DNA from: Balanoglossus misakiensis
Lineage: Eukaryota > Animalia > Hemichordata
Direction: 5' to 3'
Assembly: GCA_040954595.2 (NCBI GenBank)
Contig: CM082579.2
Span: 15,662,550-15,726,549, forward strand
Length of the DNA stretch: 64,000 bases
Positions 62,358 to 64,000 of this stretch are shown piece after piece. A program made the translations under genes and the position numbers. The notes beneath the pieces were generated by a model, which saw only the letters and a list, made by a program, of their open reading frames with translations, was not told the DNA's origin and searched no databases. The first letter of the stretch is position 1, and each line of letters begins with the position of its first letter.

Positions 62358-64000
62358 TTTAGGCCCAACCCCTTGGGTGTAATTTGGGGCGCCCTCTGTG
62401 TAGTGCGTCTTCCCGCCTTCCGGAGAGAATTGCTACTTTTGTAGGGCTTCCGCCATCTTGTAGAGTCACTTTTTCGAGCAGTCGCTCGCTTAAAACTTCT
62501 TCCAAAAATCCGTCTTTTTAGCCGCTTTGTCGTCACAATATGTCCGACCACTCAGACAGCGAAACTCTCCCACAGTCCGAAAGGCGGACTCCCAACTGCT
62601 CTGGCTGCAAACAAGCAGTAAAAGGGCATCGCGCTCTTGGATTACAGCCAGGCCCAAACTGCACAGGCGTGCCCCAACCGCAAGGCGCAGATGGAAGCTC
62701 TGCCATTCCCACCACATCCGTCGTCGTCGAACAGACTGACTCACTCCAGCTCGAAGATCTACAAGCCAGACAGGCAGAACTGTTACAGGAAAAGCAACTC
62801 CTACTGCAGAAACGAGAGCAGCGTGCATTACAGACCCGCTCCAGCATCTCAGAACTAGAACACGAACTTGCCGCCCTCCGAGTGCGGGATGCCAACACAA
62901 GTCCCATGCAACCGCCTCCATCGATCCCTTTATCGTCGGGCAACGGCTGTCCAACAACACTGGACACCCTTCGTCAAAACCCAGCGGCCAACCAAGCAGT
63001 CGACGCACAACTCTCTCACATCGTTAATTCGGCATTTGGCGCCTCCGCATTGCCAACGTCCATCGGACAGTCTACTCGTGCTGAATGGCCGATCGGCTAC
63101 ATGTCACAAGGTAAGCCAGGAAAGTCCCCTCGTGACTCTCAAGCCCCTAGCTTCGCAGACGAATCCAGAGTGAAATGGCCACATTTGCGCCTACCTCGCG
63201 AAAAAGGAGGAAAAGTCCCCAAATTCGACAACTTAACCATCGCACAACTGGTCAGAGGTGAATTAGAAATACTCAACTCCGTCTACCTGCCCATCTCGTC
63301 TGAGGAACGCGCTCCCAGATCACTGCATCTACAGAACTTAATGAGACTCGCTCATAAGCACGATTGGTCAGACGTACTGAATTTTCACGGTACCATCTTA
63401 GAAAAGATACAAAGCGCAGAACTACGTTGGCAAGACTGCTTCGACCGTTATGAAAAAGAACTTCTCTCACCCGACACCCTGAAATCCGTCAAACAAGGCA
63501 CTGATAGCGGCAAGACACAGGCCGTCAAGAAGAGCGATATTTGTTACAAATACAACCTCCAGACATGCGAATGGGGCGACAAGTGTTTTAGACGCCACAT
63601 CTGCTATCACTGTTTCAAAATTAACAACACAGCCACACCTCACAGCGGCAAAGACTGCCACCTCGCCACCAGCAAGAAGAATGACAGCTCCAATGGTGAT
63701 GCATCTGATTCGGACTGAACTTCAGTTGTTGGGTTGACTCCCAGGTTCACAGAGACTACATTGTGTTCGGTCTCTTCCTCATAGAACATTCCGTACTCTT
63801 CTGCATTGGCAGAATTTTCTAGCGCTCGGTCACCGTCCTACGCTAACATTCGGGCTCCCTGGTCACATACACCACGCCCTTCATGCATCTCAGGCCATAC
63901 AGCCGCATCATCTGACATTGTGTCTCACTCAGCGAACGAGGACCCACCGTCCTCGTCCACTTCAAACATTGTAACAATTCCTCCGATTTCAGCTTCGCCT
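62358..64000 (+). mobile_element. DIRS/Ngaro-like tyrosine-recombinase retrotransposon, 5' portion
   Basis: Abrupt compositional switch at TTTAGGCCC; gag-like ORF; RT and YR not inside the window. Confidence 0.6.
62540..63718 (+). CDS. Gag-like ORF1 of a DIRS/Ngaro-like element
   Basis: 392 aa intact; coiled coil; FDNLTIAQLVRGEL, HDWSDVLNFH, C-terminal Cys/His finger ICYKYNLQTCEWGDKCFRRHICYHC..H..C. Confidence 0.7.
   Translation: MSDHSDSETLPQSERRTPNCSGCKQAVKGHRALGLQPGPNCTGVPQPQGADGSSAIPTTSVVVEQTDSLQLEDLQARQAELLQEKQLLLQKREQRALQTRSSISELEHELAALRVRDANTSPMQPPPSIPLSSGNGCPTTLDTLRQNPAANQAVDAQLSHIVNSAFGASALPTSIGQSTRAEWPIGYMSQGKPGKSPRDSQAPSFADESRVKWPHLRLPREKGGKVPKFDNLTIAQLVRGELEILNSVYLPISSEERAPRSLHLQNLMRLAHKHDWSDVLNFHGTILEKIQSAELRWQDCFDRYEKELLSPDTLKSVKQGTDSGKTQAVKKSDICYKYNLQTCEWGDKCFRRHICYHCFKINNTATPHSGKDCHLATSKKNDSSNGDASDSD

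Larger units (their letters stand above)
46695..64000. mobile_element. Putative large IS3EU-like DNA transposon (left end at 46695, right end beyond the window)
   Basis: Satellite subunit cut mid-unit (GACAGAC|TATGGAAAGCCGTTGGGGAC); TAY terminus as described for IS3EU; subterminal repeats; spliced IS3-like transposase converging on + strand genes. Second TIR and TSD are not visible. Confidence 0.6.

Noticed and set aside
62321-63661. Alternative-frame and antisense ORFs over the gag-like gene
   Set aside because: Shadows of a GC-rich coding region; no RT or YR motifs.

Overview
Eukaryotic, repeat-dominated window; spliceosomal GT-AG introns and the TE families suggest a marine invertebrate, but the species cannot be determined. 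Bases 1-46694 are a ~2.05-kb macrosatellite (81-bp GC-rich subrepeats, a poly-G core, ~330-bp AT-rich subrepeats). It is interrupted by two nested clusters of non-autonomous Helentron-like (HINE/DINE-1-type) elements, a truncated BEL/Pao LTR element copied within a 4629-bp tandem duplication, and a full-length Tx1-clade LINE with a 13-bp TSD. At 46695 the satellite stops abruptly at 'TATGGAAAGCC'. What follows looks like one large IS3EU-like DNA transposon. It has subterminal 78-bp repeats, a single-exon BTB-BACK-PHR gene, and a 9-exon gene with a C-terminal UBX-like domain that the ORF track does not show as a gene. A spliced IS3-type DDE transposase converges on these genes from the minus strand. 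An upstream intron of the transposase holds a CR1/L2-group LINE, itself interrupted by a DIRS/Ngaro-like element. The best candidate for an undescribed system is this transposon carrying two ubiquitin-pathway adaptor genes. The second is the perfectly bracket-nested Helentron stack. All family calls come from motif recognition by eye; no searches were run.
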